Below are positions 13,197 to 27,317 of a stretch of 64,000 bases of DNA, piece by piece. Within the stretch, counting starts at the first letter, position 1. Each line of letters starts with the position of its first letter. The position numbers were made by a program, and so were the translations under genes. The notes below the pieces were generated by a model. That model saw only the letters and a list, made by a program, of their open reading frames with translations. It was not told the DNA's origin and searched no databases. The DNA comes from Lingula anatina. Lineage: Eukaryota; Animalia; Brachiopoda. The DNA lies in assembly GCA_051362555.1 (NCBI GenBank), contig CM120642.1:24428001-24492000 (forward strand). Direction: 5' to 3'.

Positions 13197-15244
13197 ATTA
13201 AAAAAGACGAAACTGACACACATTAGAACTGCAGTTTGGGATAAAAATTTACCTACCGATGACAGGGCAGTGAAACTGCACTTCGTAATCTTTACAGTAT
13301 TTGCCGTTCACTTCAGTGGTACACACGAGTCCAGAGTCCCAGCCACACGCCAGCCCGTCATTGAACTTGTCCCCAGTGCTGTAATATGGTGTCTTGTCGC
13401 TCTTGTCACGGCAGAGCGTACAAAGGGGTCGTACACCAAGGCAAATGTTGTTATTGTCAGTTATCTGCACAGAAAAAATAAGTCCTACGTTTATTTCTCG
13501 CAGGTTTGAAGCACCCGTATTGACCTTATACTTTCTTCTTTGCCAGATTACTTCACAAGCAAATAAGGAGTTTTTTAAAAACATAGGCTCATCTGCTGAA
13601 CCATAGCTGTAATCTTTGTCAGTGCTTATTCCCGGAAATGTCTGAATAATGATAATTTGTCTGGATCTAATAAACAAATTGCTGTGAACAAGCTTTTCGG
13701 TTTTTCAATGTTAAGGTTTTAACAGGACTTCTTATTATGCATTAAATCTTTTCTAATCTTTTTTACAAAATAAACGTACAAAATATTTTACAATATTTAG
13801 ATATTCAGAAAAGAAACAGGTCGCAAATGTGTATGATTTGAAATCTCATTTTTTCACAATTCCAATGCGTAGATTTAAAAAAAACTAAAAATTTGATTAC
13901 CCGAAATTTAGACACGCTTTCCCAGTCCCCAGTTGCACTTGGGTCATCTCTGTCCAAATACGGTCCCGTTTCCACCTCTACAAATATAAAACGTAAGTAA
14001 TGATGATAAAATTAAAAATAATGATGATAACGACAAGCATTCTAAAAACCTGTCCCAGAAGTCATAATGGAAGTATACATGTCTAAAGCACTTAATTATG
14101 TTCACTTTTAGTTTTCAATTAAAATAACACGTTTTTAACTGTTAGTTTTCAATTAAAATATATTAAAACGGGTTGTTTTAAGTCATTTTTACCTGTAGAA
14201 GGGCAGAGAAACCGTATCTCGTAGTCCTTGCAGTAGCCTCCAGAGCCTTGATCGGCGTTCTTGCATATCAAACCAGTTGTTGGGAGGCAGTTGGCAGCGA
14301 GTTTATCGGGTGCAGAACCCCTCCAGCGCGTGAAGACAGTAGAGGAGCCTTTAACACGACACTCGGCCCCAATCGGCTTGCAGCCACCACAAATGTAGTG
14401 AGATTTCTGAAATTGATAGAGAAATTGGTGGGAATGCTGCTCTTTCTCATTTTTGATAGCCGCTTAAAATCGTGTAGGCATTCAAACCCAGTTGACTATC
14501 ACTGCTATGAGTAACAAAAACGTATTTGTGGTACAAAGGGGCTTCAACATCACCTTTCATTCTCTCCCAGATATCACTATAACAAAAGAGAGCGAGACAA
14601 AACACGCCAACCTTTTTCAAACCTGAGAACTATGTATGGCAATGTGATTGTACTCATCAACAACTATTTCTTATTGGCTACATATTTCCGCTCTTTATAC
14701 CTACATGTACCCCCCACCCCCACCCACCCATCCACACACACAGCAAGACCCTGCATCAGCCATTCAATAAGTAAAGATGTTCAAACAGACAAAAAACGAC
14801 TTCACATACCCGCAGTTCAGCGACAGTTTCCCAGTCGCCAGTAGCCGAAGGGTCGTCGCGATCGTACCATCTGGACCAACTGTGACCTGTGCAATCAATC
14901 AATAAACAACCATTTTGGTGTTCTGAATTGCTTTTCGAAACAATATCGTCTTTTTTTAAAAAAAATTAGCTTCATAACACGCAATCAAAAACCTAAGGAA
15001 CAAATTTTGGCCTTTTTTTTCTTTAACTTACACAATCAGTTATATGCATTTTCAAGGTGTATTTTTTGCATTATGCACTCCTTGTTTTGCAGTCAGTAAG
15101 TAAAACCGGTACAATCATCGCCACTGAGGATGAATTTTCTTTGGTCAAATAATAGAAAAAAATAAAAACCGAGGCGCACATACCTTGTATTTGAACGATA
15201 ACAGAAAGACACAACGCGGCGAAAAGCACCATTGTAGTTTCCAT
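11341..15244 (-). CDS. Secreted triple CysD/WxxW-domain protein, copy B (intact, inverted)
   Basis: Exons 15244-15184, 14886-14810, 14406-14193, 13977-13901, 13464-13257, 12028-11922, 11523-11341. Same lengths and splice sites as copy A; no stops seen. Confidence 0.92.
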
Positions 15245-18200
15245 TGAACACTAGCTGTGAAAACAAAAGTGTTACCTGAAAGCAGACATAAAGATACAGA
15301 AAGAATTTGAGGCACCCTTTCGCTTGTTTGAGTCTTAAAGTATACTTTTTGTTTTCAATCTCAGAAGATCCAAGATTATGACTTTCAACTCAATTTTTTT
15401 GTCTGTAGTGAAAGCAATGCTTCTTTAACCACTTCTATTTGAATCATTAAAACGAGCCATTGCATTACTTATCTTATTCCCTTGCTCATAATAGTGAATA
15501 AAACTCCCGTGCGAGCTGTTCTTACAGTGCCTTACCTGTACCTCTTCAAATGCAAATTCTACCGACGTAGTCACTGCTTATATACCATAACTCGAGCGTT
15601 GGCCAATCCTCAGGTGATGCCAGACACGAACATTAATATCATTATTCTTTCTTATCATCATAACAATCATGGAGTTTCCATTTCCAGAAACTCGTTTAAA
15701 GACAGACAATGAGCGTTCGACCTTCATAGAGCAAAAACAAAAAAATGCTTATCCTTGAAATGTGATACTGACTGAATTTTCTAAAAATAATATACTTGCT
15801 GGCGGTACGTATTTTTCAAACTAACAATTAAAGCATCAACCTGTGGTAAAAATACAGACATTCAACGAGTTAAAATAGTTGTAATGTGAACCGTTTACTA
15901 AATTACGCACTGTAAACGTGACAAAATAAATATTTATAAAAAACACTCTTTTTGTAATGCTATGGTAAATTTGACACAAATGACAGATAGTTGTAAGTCA
16001 AGTCATCATCATATTATATCTATGTAGATAGGCAATGAAAAATGGAAATGATCTTTATTTACTTATCAGTGATATTAGCGAGTTCCGTCCAGTTAAACTA
16101 AGTATTCCCTTTCACTGGTAGCAATAGGACTTTCTCTATTCAACCTTATTCACTCGCACTTGCTTATCTTATCGATATTTCACTGTCTTTCCAATTCCAC
16201 TTTATTTACTTGTTTAGCAATTCATAGTAAATATTGTAGACCACGGCTCACCTCTAGATTTCTTTCTTCTCAACTTTAGATAGTCTCTAGTACGTACATA
16301 GTGGCCAGAGATAAAAGACATACGCCATGCCCTTTCTTAGAGAGGGTGTAACGTGGTTATCACCCCACCCCCACCTAAACCCAATCGAGCCTGAGAGTGA
16401 GCAAATTAGGTGCTATAAGCGCACAGGGGAAGGTTTCCGACATGGAGACGCTAGTCACAGTAGACAGGCTTCATTAATTATGGTAAATGTTCACAATAGC
16501 AGTAAAGTGTAAAGTGATCTCCGGAAATTTTGCGTCCTCCCCTCCCTGGCAGCACTTTTATTTTTTACAACTTTTGTTTTAGTTAGGCAGAGTTTTCTTC
16601 TAAATATATTTAAGTTATGTAAACGGGTTTGCTGATAAAACTGAAGAAGGTTAGTGAAAAACGAGGGGGTGACACGACAATGTTCACTTTATCCCCCCCC
16701 CCCCCCCCCCCAAAGAAAAAATAATAATAATAACCCAATTAGGAAAGTTCAACACCGAAAACATGTCATCAAAAATGCATTTTCTAATTCGTCATATCTG
16801 TCGTGCAAGCCTCAAAATTCCGCACAGGTGCCGAAGGAGTGTCTGGGTCACTGTTTTAATTCGAAAGAGACGATTACATAACATGCATATAGTTATATTT
16901 TCAGAAGTGAAGGTTAGAGCACGCACAGAAATAATTTGAACTACAAAAAGTTGCATCATTTGACGATGAGTGCCAGGTCGTTGTGACCCAGATACCTCCC
17001 ATCGAATGTACGGCTATGGGATGGTAATGTCTGTTGCATAAGTACAAATTTTACTGACGTAATTAATTAATTCGATCGTGTCGTACAAAGAGTCCATTGA
17101 TAAGAAATAAATTACAACTGGCACTGACAGGCAGCTAGTTTGTTTGGTGCAGATCCCCGCCTGTGGTTTTTAAAGACAGCAGATGAGACGGCCCAAAACA
17201 ACTCAAAATGCCAGTGGCAAAGACCTTCAAATACGGGAGAAAGGAAGGTTAATTTAAAAAAAGAAAAAAGGAAAGAAAACCTTGGGGTCCCATGGTCTGA
17301 TCAGGTACAGAGATAAAAATCCAGTAAACGGTAATATAGCGGTAGTGTTACACTAGTTATTTTTAGTCTTAAATGTGGTTCATTACTGTCATTTGGCTCT
17401 TTTGGTCTCTTCCACCTAAACAAGTCACCAGAGGTGAGGTAATTTGGTTTAAGCCAGTCCCAGGTACGAGTCCCAGTTACGTAATCGGAGAATATATTCA
17501 TGTTTAGGGCAACTAAAAGAAGTATTGAAGTCCCAGTGTTCAAGATTCCGGTATTGCCAGCTCGATCTTGATTTCATATATAACCCATATCAGCAATACC
17601 AGGCTCTAGCGAACAGCGGCAACTCGTGGGCGTTCTTCTTCAAAATTCTGCCTGGAAGTCACACGTCACAGCTGTGTCCGCCTGGATCCATATTTGGAAG
17701 TCATAAGTCTCGTACGTCACAGGTTTAGCCGCCTGGGGCTGCCTCTCCCGCCTTGCGCTGAAGTCTCGTGCAGGCGAGACAAGAAGCAATTAAAGTGCCT
17801 GACACGGAGTTAGAAGTTTGAATTGAAAATTGAATTGAATTGAATTGAAGGTCAGTGCCACAATACAAGCAACATTCTGCTGTAAAAACTTATTTTCGTG
17901 TAGCCATTGCGCAGCCCTTATAGTGGTATCGGGCATACAGTGTAGCTGTCAAATTTGGCACACGGCAAGCACATGTATTGTGCACGTGTATATCTCAGGA
18001 CTAAATGTTCTTTGATAAGCAAAAAATACAAAAACATAGGATATATCTTTTCTTTTCGAAGAATATTATTTATTTATTCACTTTACATCTTAAATACAGC
18101 AAATAAAATTAAATAAAGCAAAATTAAATTTGTTCTACATTTCATTTTGGTCTGATGACATTCAACTGCAGATTCACTGCGGAGCAGTTCTATTTGATTG

Positions 18201-18255
18201 ACGAAAGCCTAACATGGCCACTGTTCCTCAGAGCTAGTAAAAAATGACTCCATGC

Positions 18256-18413
18256 AGTCCCGTAGCCGGGGGGGGGGGGGGGGGGGGGGGGTTTGCTGGA
18301 AAAAGGTCCACTCTGGGTAAAATTTGACCTAGGTACATGGGGAATATATATTAAAAGGTCCACTTTTTCAGAACCCCCCCCCCCCCCCTTTGAAATTGCT
18401 GGCTACGGGCCTG
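18256..18413. mobile_element. Small GC-rich MITE
   Basis: TIR CAGTCCCGTAGCC ... GGCTACGGGCCTG with poly-G and poly-C subterminal runs. Lies inside a ~930-bp segment (~17543-18470) missing from the homologous flank at ~34555. Confidence 0.6.
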
Positions 18414-19310
18414 CCAAGTTATATTTAATATTTACAAGCTAATTTTTACGTTGCTCTGACACTTAGGGTAAGTTTTATGTATCCTGTTTACCAACCGGAC
18501 ACAAACATAGAGTCAGAGATAGAGTAAAGAAAAACACTTTAGCCTAGCCTGTGTCCTTCTTTGAAAATAATAGTAATGATAGATGAGAAATGTACTTTAT
18601 TACAAGAGATAGATTTGTATATAGATTGGTAGATTTGTGGCATGTGGCATGAAACTGGCATCGCTGTGGTCGTAGAACAGAGGCACAAACATCACTTTGA
18701 TTGCAAAATGCATACTCTGTTATCGGCCAGTTGTCGGCACGTGAAGTATTATTTTTTACTCTCAAACGGGGCCGTACTACGGGACGCAGAAAGTATGCCG
18801 GCCAGTGTAAAGGGGGCTTAACAAACCACGGTTACAGTAGCAAAACGACGTGTATAATGTATCTACATTTTTGCCAGCCGCAGGAGAAAGTGAAATGCTG
18901 CGTAGGTCTACATTGTGTGTTCATTTAATATTTCAATAATAAAATAACAACGTAAAATTGTAGATAATAAATCTTTATTAGTTACATTTTTTTGATCAGC
19001 ACGAAATGAGTTTAAATAGATTTGATAAATCAAATTTAGGCATAAAATTGTTTTATACATGTAAAAACATTATAAATGTGGTGGTTCGGTCAGAAAAAAA
19101 CGTTTTAGCGGACCGACGTTCTCGAGCGTTTCCTTTTAGAATAACGTAATGGTTAAGGAAATAGTTCAGATAAACCTTATTCTTCTAGGTTCTAGACCAT
19201 TATGGTAAAGCAAATATTTCCGATAAACCTTGAACCACAGTAAATCAGCTTTAAGCGAAATTAAAACTTGAAAACTTTGAAAATGATTAATTAAAAAATA
19301 CAATGGAATC

Positions 19311-19356
<46 letters not shown>

Positions 19357-19396
19357 TGTATATTGATAAGGTAATTTATGCAATCGTCTCCTTTAC

Positions 19397-19635
19397 CGTT
19401 CGTTCCGCCAAAATGTCGAACTTCCGTGTCTGTATCAATGGAACCCCTGCCGCCACATTATACACTGGGATGTTATTGATATCAATGTGACTGTTCTTAC
19501 GTAACCGAAGATCGAAGTGCTTACTATAGACATCAAATTGGTACCGTCTTGTAGGGAGATTTTCATCCAATCCGCGTTCTACCCGACCCCTAACGGCAGC
19601 TTGCGGAATTTCGCGAACTGTTACCAGCTGGAAGT
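19397..19635 (-). pseudogene. Isolated exon resembling an ADAM/ADAMTS (M12B) prodomain
   Basis: AG/GT-bounded 239-nt open exon DFQLVTVREIPQAAVRGRVERGLDENLPTRRYQFDVYSKHFDLRLRKNSHIDINNIPVYNV. The YxFxxxxKxFxLxLxxN pattern fits M12B propeptides. No neighbouring exons found. Confidence 0.55.
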
Positions 19636-20356
19636 CTGCAATTTAAAATAAGCTTTTTTAAAACCCTGCATTTTGGCGTGTTATTTAATTAAAGCGTGTT
19701 TTAATCAATTTACTGTTTTCAATAATATGTACATATTTAGAAAAAGTGACCAACAATTCTTTGCGCCCAATGATGTTTTTTGCCTTAAAAACAAATGCAA
19801 AAAATTCAATTCAAATAACTCAAATAACTGCTATCTCAGAGGCTGTTTTATATAATACTGAAATGTTTAGGTTAAGTTAACACTATTAAACTTGGATGGC
19901 TGACAACATAATGTTGGTCTTAAAGCGTCATAAACGTTCGATTCATGACCAAATCAGCGTAGCATAAGCACAGAACGCATGCTTTTAGATTATAAATGAA
20001 ACGCAACTTAATTGTTAGTTAGAAAAATATGTACCGCCAGCATGTATATTATTTTTAGAAAATTCAGTCAGTATCACATTTCAAGGATAAGCATTTTTTT
20101 GTTTTTGCTCTATGAAGGTCAAACGCTCATTGTCTGTCTTTAAACGAGTTTCTGGAAATGGAAATCCCATGATTGTTATGATGATAAGAAAGAATAATGA
20201 TATTAATTTTGGTATCTGGCATCACCTGAGGATTGGCCAACGATCGAGTTATGGTATATAAGCAGTGACTACGTCGGTAGAATTTGCATTTGAAGAGGTA
20301 AAGGTAAGGCACTGTAAGAACAGCTCGCACGGGAGTTTTATTCACTATTACGAGCA

Positions 20357-20557
20357 CCGTTCACATGAAAAATCTATTTTCTATTAGCGGTGTCTTGTGA
20401 TCACTCCGAGCGCAGCCGAGAATTAATTACAGCTTTGGAAGTAACTGTCGCTGCCAGTTATTACGCCGCGGGATATTCATGACACAGACCGTGATCACAA
20501 GATACTGCGAATAGAAAATAGATTTTTAGAAAATAGGCTTGTCATGCGAACGGAGCC
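20357..20557. mobile_element. Harbinger/Tourist-like MITE in intron 1 of copy C (left end clipped)
   Basis: Same family as 29959-30181 and 59863-60086. Followed by TAA; absent from the other copies. Confidence 0.8.
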
Positions 20558-20793
20558 TAAGATAAGTCATGCAATGGCTCGTTTTAATGATTCAAATAGA
20601 AGTGGTTTAAGAAGCATTGCTTTCACTACAGAAAAAAAGGCATTTTGAGTTGAAAGTCATTATCTTGGATCTTCTGAGATTGAAAACAAAATGTATACTT
20701 TAACACTCAAACGAACGAAAGGGTGCCTCAAATTCTTTCCGTATTTTTATGTCTGCTTTCAGGTGACAATTTTGTTTTCACAGCTAGTGTTCA

Positions 20794-22848
20794 ATGGAAA
20801 CTACAATGGTTCTTTTCGCCGTGTTGTGTCTTTCTGTTGTCGTTCAAATACAAGGTATGTGCGACTCGATTTTTATTTTTTTCTATTATTTGACCTAAAA
20901 ACAAAATTCATCCTCAGTGGCGATGATTGTAATGGTGTTACTTACTATCTGCAAAACAAGAAGTGCATAATGCAAAAAGAATACCTTGAAAATGTACTTG
21001 AAAATGCATATAACTGATTGTGTAGGTTAAAGAAAAAAGGACTAAAATATGTTCCTTTGGGTTTTGATTGCGTGTTATAAAGCTTATTTTAAAACAGATG
21101 ATATTGTTTCGAAAAGCAATTCAGTTCACCAAAATGGTTGTTTATTTATTTATTGCACAGGTCACAGTTGGTCCAGATGGTACGATCGCGACGACCCTTC
21201 GGCTACTGGCGACTGGGAAACTGTCGCTGATCTGCGGGTACGTGAAGTCTTTCTTTTCTTTTTGAACATCTTTACTTGTTGAATGGCGGATGCAGGGTCT
21301 TGCTGTGTGTGTGGATGGGTAGGTGGGGGTGGGGGGTACATGTAGGTATAAAGAGCGGAAATATGTAGCCAATAAGAAATAGTTGTTGATGAGTACAATC
21401 ACATTGCCATACATAGTTCTCAGGTTTGAAAAAGGTTGGCGTGTTTTGTCTCGCTCTCTTTTGTTATAGTGATATCTGGGAGAGAATGAAAGGTGATGTT
21501 GAAGCCACTTTGTACCACAAATACGTTTTTGTTACTCATAGCAGTGATAGTCAACTGGGTTTGAATGCCTACACGATTTTAAGAGGCTATCAAAAAATGA
21601 GAAAGAGCAGCATTCCCACCAATTTCTCAAACAATTTCAGAAATCTCACTACATTTGTGGTGGCTGCAAGCCGATTGGTGCCGAGTGTCGTGTTAAAGGC
21701 TCCTCTACTGTCTTCACGCGCTGGAGGGGTTCTGCACCCGATAAACTCGCTGCCAACTGCCTCCCAACAACTGGTTTGATATGCAAGAACGCCGATCAAG
21801 GCTCTGGAGGCTACTGCAAGGACTACGAGATACGGTTTCTCTGCCCTTCTACAGGTAAAAATGACTTTAAACAACCCATTGTAATATATTCTAATTGAAA
21901 ACTAACAGTTAAAAACGTGTTATTTTAATTGAAAACTAAAAGTGAACATAATTAAGTGCTTTAGACATTTATACTTCCATTATGACTTCTTGGACCGGTT
22001 TTTAGAAGGCTTGTCGTTATCATCATGATTTTAATTTTATCATCATTACTTACGTTTTACATTTGTAGAGGTGGAAACGGGACCGTATTTGGACAGAGAT
22101 GACCCAAGTGCAACTGGAGACTGGGAAAGCGTGTCTAGTTTTCGGGTAATCAAAATTTTAGTTTTTTAAATCTACGCATTGGAATTGTGAAAAAATGAGA
22201 TTTCAAATCATACACAATTGCGACCTGTGTCTTTTCTGAATATCTGAATACTGTAAAATATTTTGTTCGTTTATTTTGTAAAAAAAGATTAGAAAAGATT
22301 TAATGCATAATAAGCAGTCCTGTTAAAACCTTAACATTGAAAAACCGAAAAGCTTGTTCACAGCAATTTGTTTATTAGATCCAGACAAATTATCATTATT
22401 TAGACATTTCCGGGAATAAGCACTGACAAAGATTACGGCTATGGTTCAGCAGATGAGCCTATGTTTTTTAAAAACAACTTATTTGCTTGTGAAGAAATCT
22501 GGCAAAGAAGAAAGTATAAGGTCAATACGGGTGTTTCAAATCTGCGAGAAATAACCGTAGGACTTATTTTTTCTGTGCAGATAACTGACAATAACAACAT
22601 TTGCCTTGGTGTGCGACCCCTTTGTACGCTCTGCCGTGACAAGAGCGACAAGACGCCATATTACAGCACTGGGGACAAGTTCAATGACGGGCTGGCGTGT
22701 GGCTGGGACACTGGACTCGTGTGTACCACTGAAGTGAACGGCAAATCATGTAAAGATTACGAAGTGCAGTTTCGCTGCCCTGTCATCGGTAGGTAAATCT
22801 TTATCCCAAACTACAGTTCTGATGTGTGTCAGTTTCGTCGTGTTTAAT

Positions 22849-22888
<40 letters not shown>

Positions 22889-25800
22889 TAAATTCATTAC
22901 TTGGTACAATATGGAAATACAGACTTGACATTTAATATGGAATATTTCAGTTTCGAAGGTATGCCTAGGTAAAAATGCATTCTTTTTTCAAAAAACTCCG
23001 ATCTCATATAAGATATGTGAATGGAGAAGTGTGTAGTCAGGTGTGTCGCTTCCAATTAACTGAATACCAGGTTAGTTGCGCTGCTGCATTATGTAATATG
23101 CAGTGATTTAATTGGGTAGTGCTTCTTTGGGCAGGTCAAAGCTTGGCTTTGGCAAAGCATGGTTCTGTCAAAAAAGTATCCATATGTCGGCAACTACTGC
23201 ATAGAAGAATTTGAAATTTTGCATGCAGGTGGTCGGTTTTGCAAGGTGTAAAATGAGCTATGCAGTGCTCTGCATATTTATTTATCTGTGGCAGAATGGC
23301 GCGAAAAAGACAGACATTGCCAAACAGAAAATTGCGCCAAACGAAACGGTCCGCACAGTTTTATAGAGTAATGCCCAGACTGATGTACCTACACAGAGGC
23401 CACAACCAACGTATTGAAATCTTACCACCAGGATACAGGACCCACTGTCTGTCGGGATATGCTATTGCAACTAAACAAAAACCACCCAGTCCGTTCAGAA
23501 TGAGGGGTAAATTGCCACCAAAACGCATTTTTCAAGGCCCTTAGCGAAGACCAAACTGGTTTTAGCTGGTTAGAATACCAGACGACCTCAGGGGAACCCA
23601 CTGTAAACAGCAAAACATCGTTGTATGTTTCTCTAATGAATTGGGGACCCTGATCGTTTCTGAGTTGAACACTGAAACCTCGTGACTTTCTTTATTGAGG
23701 TCAGCTTTCACCTGTACCGCTCAACCAGTCAAAACAGGGTTTACAGACATCAAGAAGAGGCCAACGACTAAGCGTGTGCCGCGTCTAAAGTGACTAAGGT
23801 CATTAACAGCGTCAGTAATTGGAGTGGATACCTCATTGGTGCCAAAACACCAATGATGGTCATCCACGAAAACCTGAACCAGATCAAATAAAGGAATAAT
23901 CTGAGAACCACTTGACTATCATTTGATAGTGGGCACCTTAGGAACAATTTTAGGTTGCACGGTGGAATTCCCGGTACACACATAGCACTTTTAATACCAG
24001 ATTACTTACAAAACCAAGGGAATGAGCAGCTACCTTGGTAATCAAAATCGCCATATTTGAACCACATAGACAATATGTGGGTAGGCCATTACTCGCCGAA
24101 TCAATGGCCTACATGTCCTACAACAAAACTGGACCAAATTGGACAGATTTTGACCGATGCCTGGAATGTTATTCCAGATTGAACTCTAAAAACCTAACCC
24201 AAGGAATGCCTTGCCACTTGAGAGCGCTGGTAGCAAACAGAAGAGGTCAAGCTTAACAGCGACCGTTACTGTGACTAGACACTGACATGGGGGTTCTTTG
24301 TGAGGCGTGTATCTCTTTTACAGAAAAGAATTTGGAAAATATGGAGATCCAAAATATCTCTTTTAATTGTTGTCGTATGACATAGAATAGGCAATGTGTT
24401 TTTGTTTGCTTCTCTGGCGAATTCCATTAATGAACTGATGTCACAATGATATCAAAGAGATAATTAAAAGTTATTAAAACACGATTTTAATCTTTATTTT
24501 CATTTATCAGTCAGCAAAATAGAAAAAAATTGATGAAAAATGATATGGAAAAAAATATTCCATATTAAATGTCAAGTCTGTATTAAGCTTATCCGCCTCG
24601 TCTCTGAACCACAGGCTTGTAAACATTGCGGCGGAGTACTGTGACACTTTAAAATTTCGAATGGAATTGAACCCTCTCTCCCCGCGTGTATACAGTATGT
24701 ACGCGCGCGTGTGTGTGTGCACGTGTGCATAATACTCGTATATGTGTAGGTGCGTGCGTCCGCGTGCCGGAACAGAGGAAAAGTAGCGTTAGTGGTATGG
24801 TGATTGGGTAGGTGCAAATTGTAGCGAATGTATGCTATACCAGTTGTTATAGGTATTTTAACGCCAATAAGAAACGCACTTCCAAAGTGTACATTAACAC
24901 CCCATACTGTTTCAGGCAAGACCAACAGTATCTAAAACTCAAAAAGGTAACAGAGTGAGCCTGATAACATGAAAACTCGGTGGGAACAATGAAAATCTAA
25001 GAGTCTGTGGTGCTTTTTACATCATTTTTCATTCATCGGTTGATTACTCTTTTGACTTTTGAACGCAGACATTAGTTTGTCTTCTTTCCACGCGTTAGTT
25101 ATAGACTGTAACAGACGCGAGGAGGTGACATGAAATGAACAAATAAGATGACAAATTGAAAAAATGTCACATGCCACGCTCACGCAACACTACGATAGCA
25201 CAACGCAACACTAAGATAGCACAGCTACATTCTATTTATTTTGGTTTGTTGCAGTATTTGTCCTGTGATATTCACAGGATATTCACGGAAACGTCTCAAT
25301 ATGCAGTATATATGTGACAGAAAGAAATTAAAAAAGAGCAGTTATTTTACCCCGACCGGTTTCATCGCATCTTCAGTGGGTTTGTTTATTTTGGTCGATC
25401 CAACAAACCCCCTGAAGATGCGATGAAACCGGTCGGGGTAAAATGACTGCTGTTTTTTATTTCTTTTTTTCACATATGTATATACAAGTACAGGAAAAGC
25501 ACTTTTACCTTCAATATATATCTTTTTTTTACTCTCTTCCAGTTACGGCGTTACTAGTTACTGTTTATGGCTATAATGGGATTGTAATTGTCTTTTAGGA
25601 ACTTGCACGACATGCGGAAACGCACGCTGGACGAACTGGCTGAACAGAGACATTCCCACTGCTACCGGAGATTGGGAGAACGTCGGACCAACAGGGCACA
25701 ACCCGGTATTGCTATTTTCTCGCATTTACTTAATTAATTGCTGTTCCATTGCCTTATTATGATCTACCCTGTAAATTTTAAAACAACAATCCCATTTTTA

Positions 25801-26287
25801 TGTAGACTATTATCTATTTACCATTTGTATCCAATTAACTGTAGCACTACACAAAGCATGATTTTTTCTTATTAATATCATATTTTTTCCTCGGTTTAAA
25901 GTGCGTTTTCAGTCCACAAAGAACTGAAACTTTTGAAACAAAATAGCCCACAATGCATTTGATCTGATTTTGATGTCCATATACGAATACAAGAAAATGA
26001 TGCTATCTTTAAGCAATTGTCTTGTTTTTCTTATATTTTTCTCTTCTTTTTTCTATTTTCTTTTCTTTTTTTCCATTTAAATTTATACACTCCTTTTGTT
26101 CCAGTGCAACAGCCACGAGCCTATCGACATCCAATGTCGTGAAAAATCCACCGAGCAGCCATGGGACCAAACCGGGCAGGTTTTCAAAAACAAGTGCACT
26201 CCTTCTGAGGGTCTCGTTTGCGTCAATGCGGATCAGGCCTCCGGACAGTCTTGCAAGGACTACGAGGTCCGCTTCCTGTGCCCATAG
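20794..26287 (+). CDS. Secreted triple CysD/WxxW-domain protein, copy C (intact)
   Basis: Exons 20794-20854, 21161-21237, 21641-21854, 22069-22145, 22581-22788, 25599-25705, 26105-26287. Confidence 0.92.
22920..24580 (+). mobile_element. Full-length degenerate Tc1/mariner element (1661 bp) in an intron of copy C
   Basis: 28-bp TIRs at both ends; TA target duplicated (empty site ATGGAAATATTAAGC in A, B and D). Decayed transposase with PW*SKSPYLNHIDNMW. Confidence 0.9.
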
Positions 26288-26923
26288 AAGAATTTAAGTT
26301 CTGGAACGAACACTACTTGCACATGGCTTCTTGTTTTTATCGTTACAATTGAAATATCTTTGCTGATGTCGCCTTTTCATATACTTATCTAGATTAATAA
26401 GTCAACATAATAGTAATTGTTTATTATTGAAATTAAATACCGAAAAACTTATTTGGGAGTGAGCTGATTAAAAACACGTCTTCCAAAAGAAAATCAACAG
26501 ATACCAAATACCAAAATGCAATAACCTGTAGATGAATTAAAGTACCAGAACAAGCCTAAAATCAAATAAGTCCTGTGTTTTTATTAGATACTGCAATACT
26601 TGTGACATGAAAGAATGGTTAAGGTGAAGCTACGGTATTTGAATTACCAAACAGATTACTTAAAAAATGTGCAAACAAAACAGAAGCTGAAAGTAAAGCA
26701 AGGCAAAATCTCATTCTCTGGTTTGTTTAGTAACATAAAGGGTCGAATGGGTGAGGGAGGAGCGAGCACACTGTGCCTTTTTTAATATGGTACAACGTGG
26801 ACCATTTCTCATTATTATTTACAATTTACTTTTTTACATCAGGCTTCGGTGTCATGCACTTGTCTTTTCACCTCTTTACTTATAGAACCGCCACATACAC
26901 GTATCAGTGATTTCAAAGTGCTG

Positions 26924-27317
26924 GCCCCCGTTTCACAAAAAAACTTAAGTCGATTTCCCTGACTAAGAGCTTGGTTACCAACGTAATTAAGTCGTTACGT
27001 CACTAAGTCCCGTTTCACAAAGAATCTAAAAGGTCGCTTACGTCGTTTTTTCTTAGCTGCTAGTCGACGATGTCTAGCCTCCTCGGGAGGAGCCTTTAGA
27101 CAGCAATCTCAACTAAAAGTCGGTAAATAACGGCATAAACATGGCGAACGGAGCCGAGATTTAATGACTGTATCCCGCAGGGACGACGTGTGGCGAGGCG
27201 TGTAAGAGGCGGGCGGAGGGACTATTAAAAGATTGGGCTGTTTTCCTTTCATGTACGTCCGACATATTTAGTCCCAGGATTTGTAAAGCCTGGCTCAAAT
27301 CGTTGTGAAACGAGGGC
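26924..27317. mobile_element. Harbinger-type MITE with CTG target duplication
   Basis: TIR GCCCCCGTTTCACAA...TTGTGAAACGAGGGC with CTG on both sides. Empty site AAAGTGCTGTACAATAC in D. Copies missing one end at ~8593 (A) and ~10700 (B). Confidence 0.8.

Larger units (their letters stand above)
1..17500. repeat. Large tail-to-tail inverted duplication (copies A and B)
   Basis: 1-9040 is the reverse complement of ~10255-17500, apart from SNPs and indels, several of them TE-related. Confidence 0.9.
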
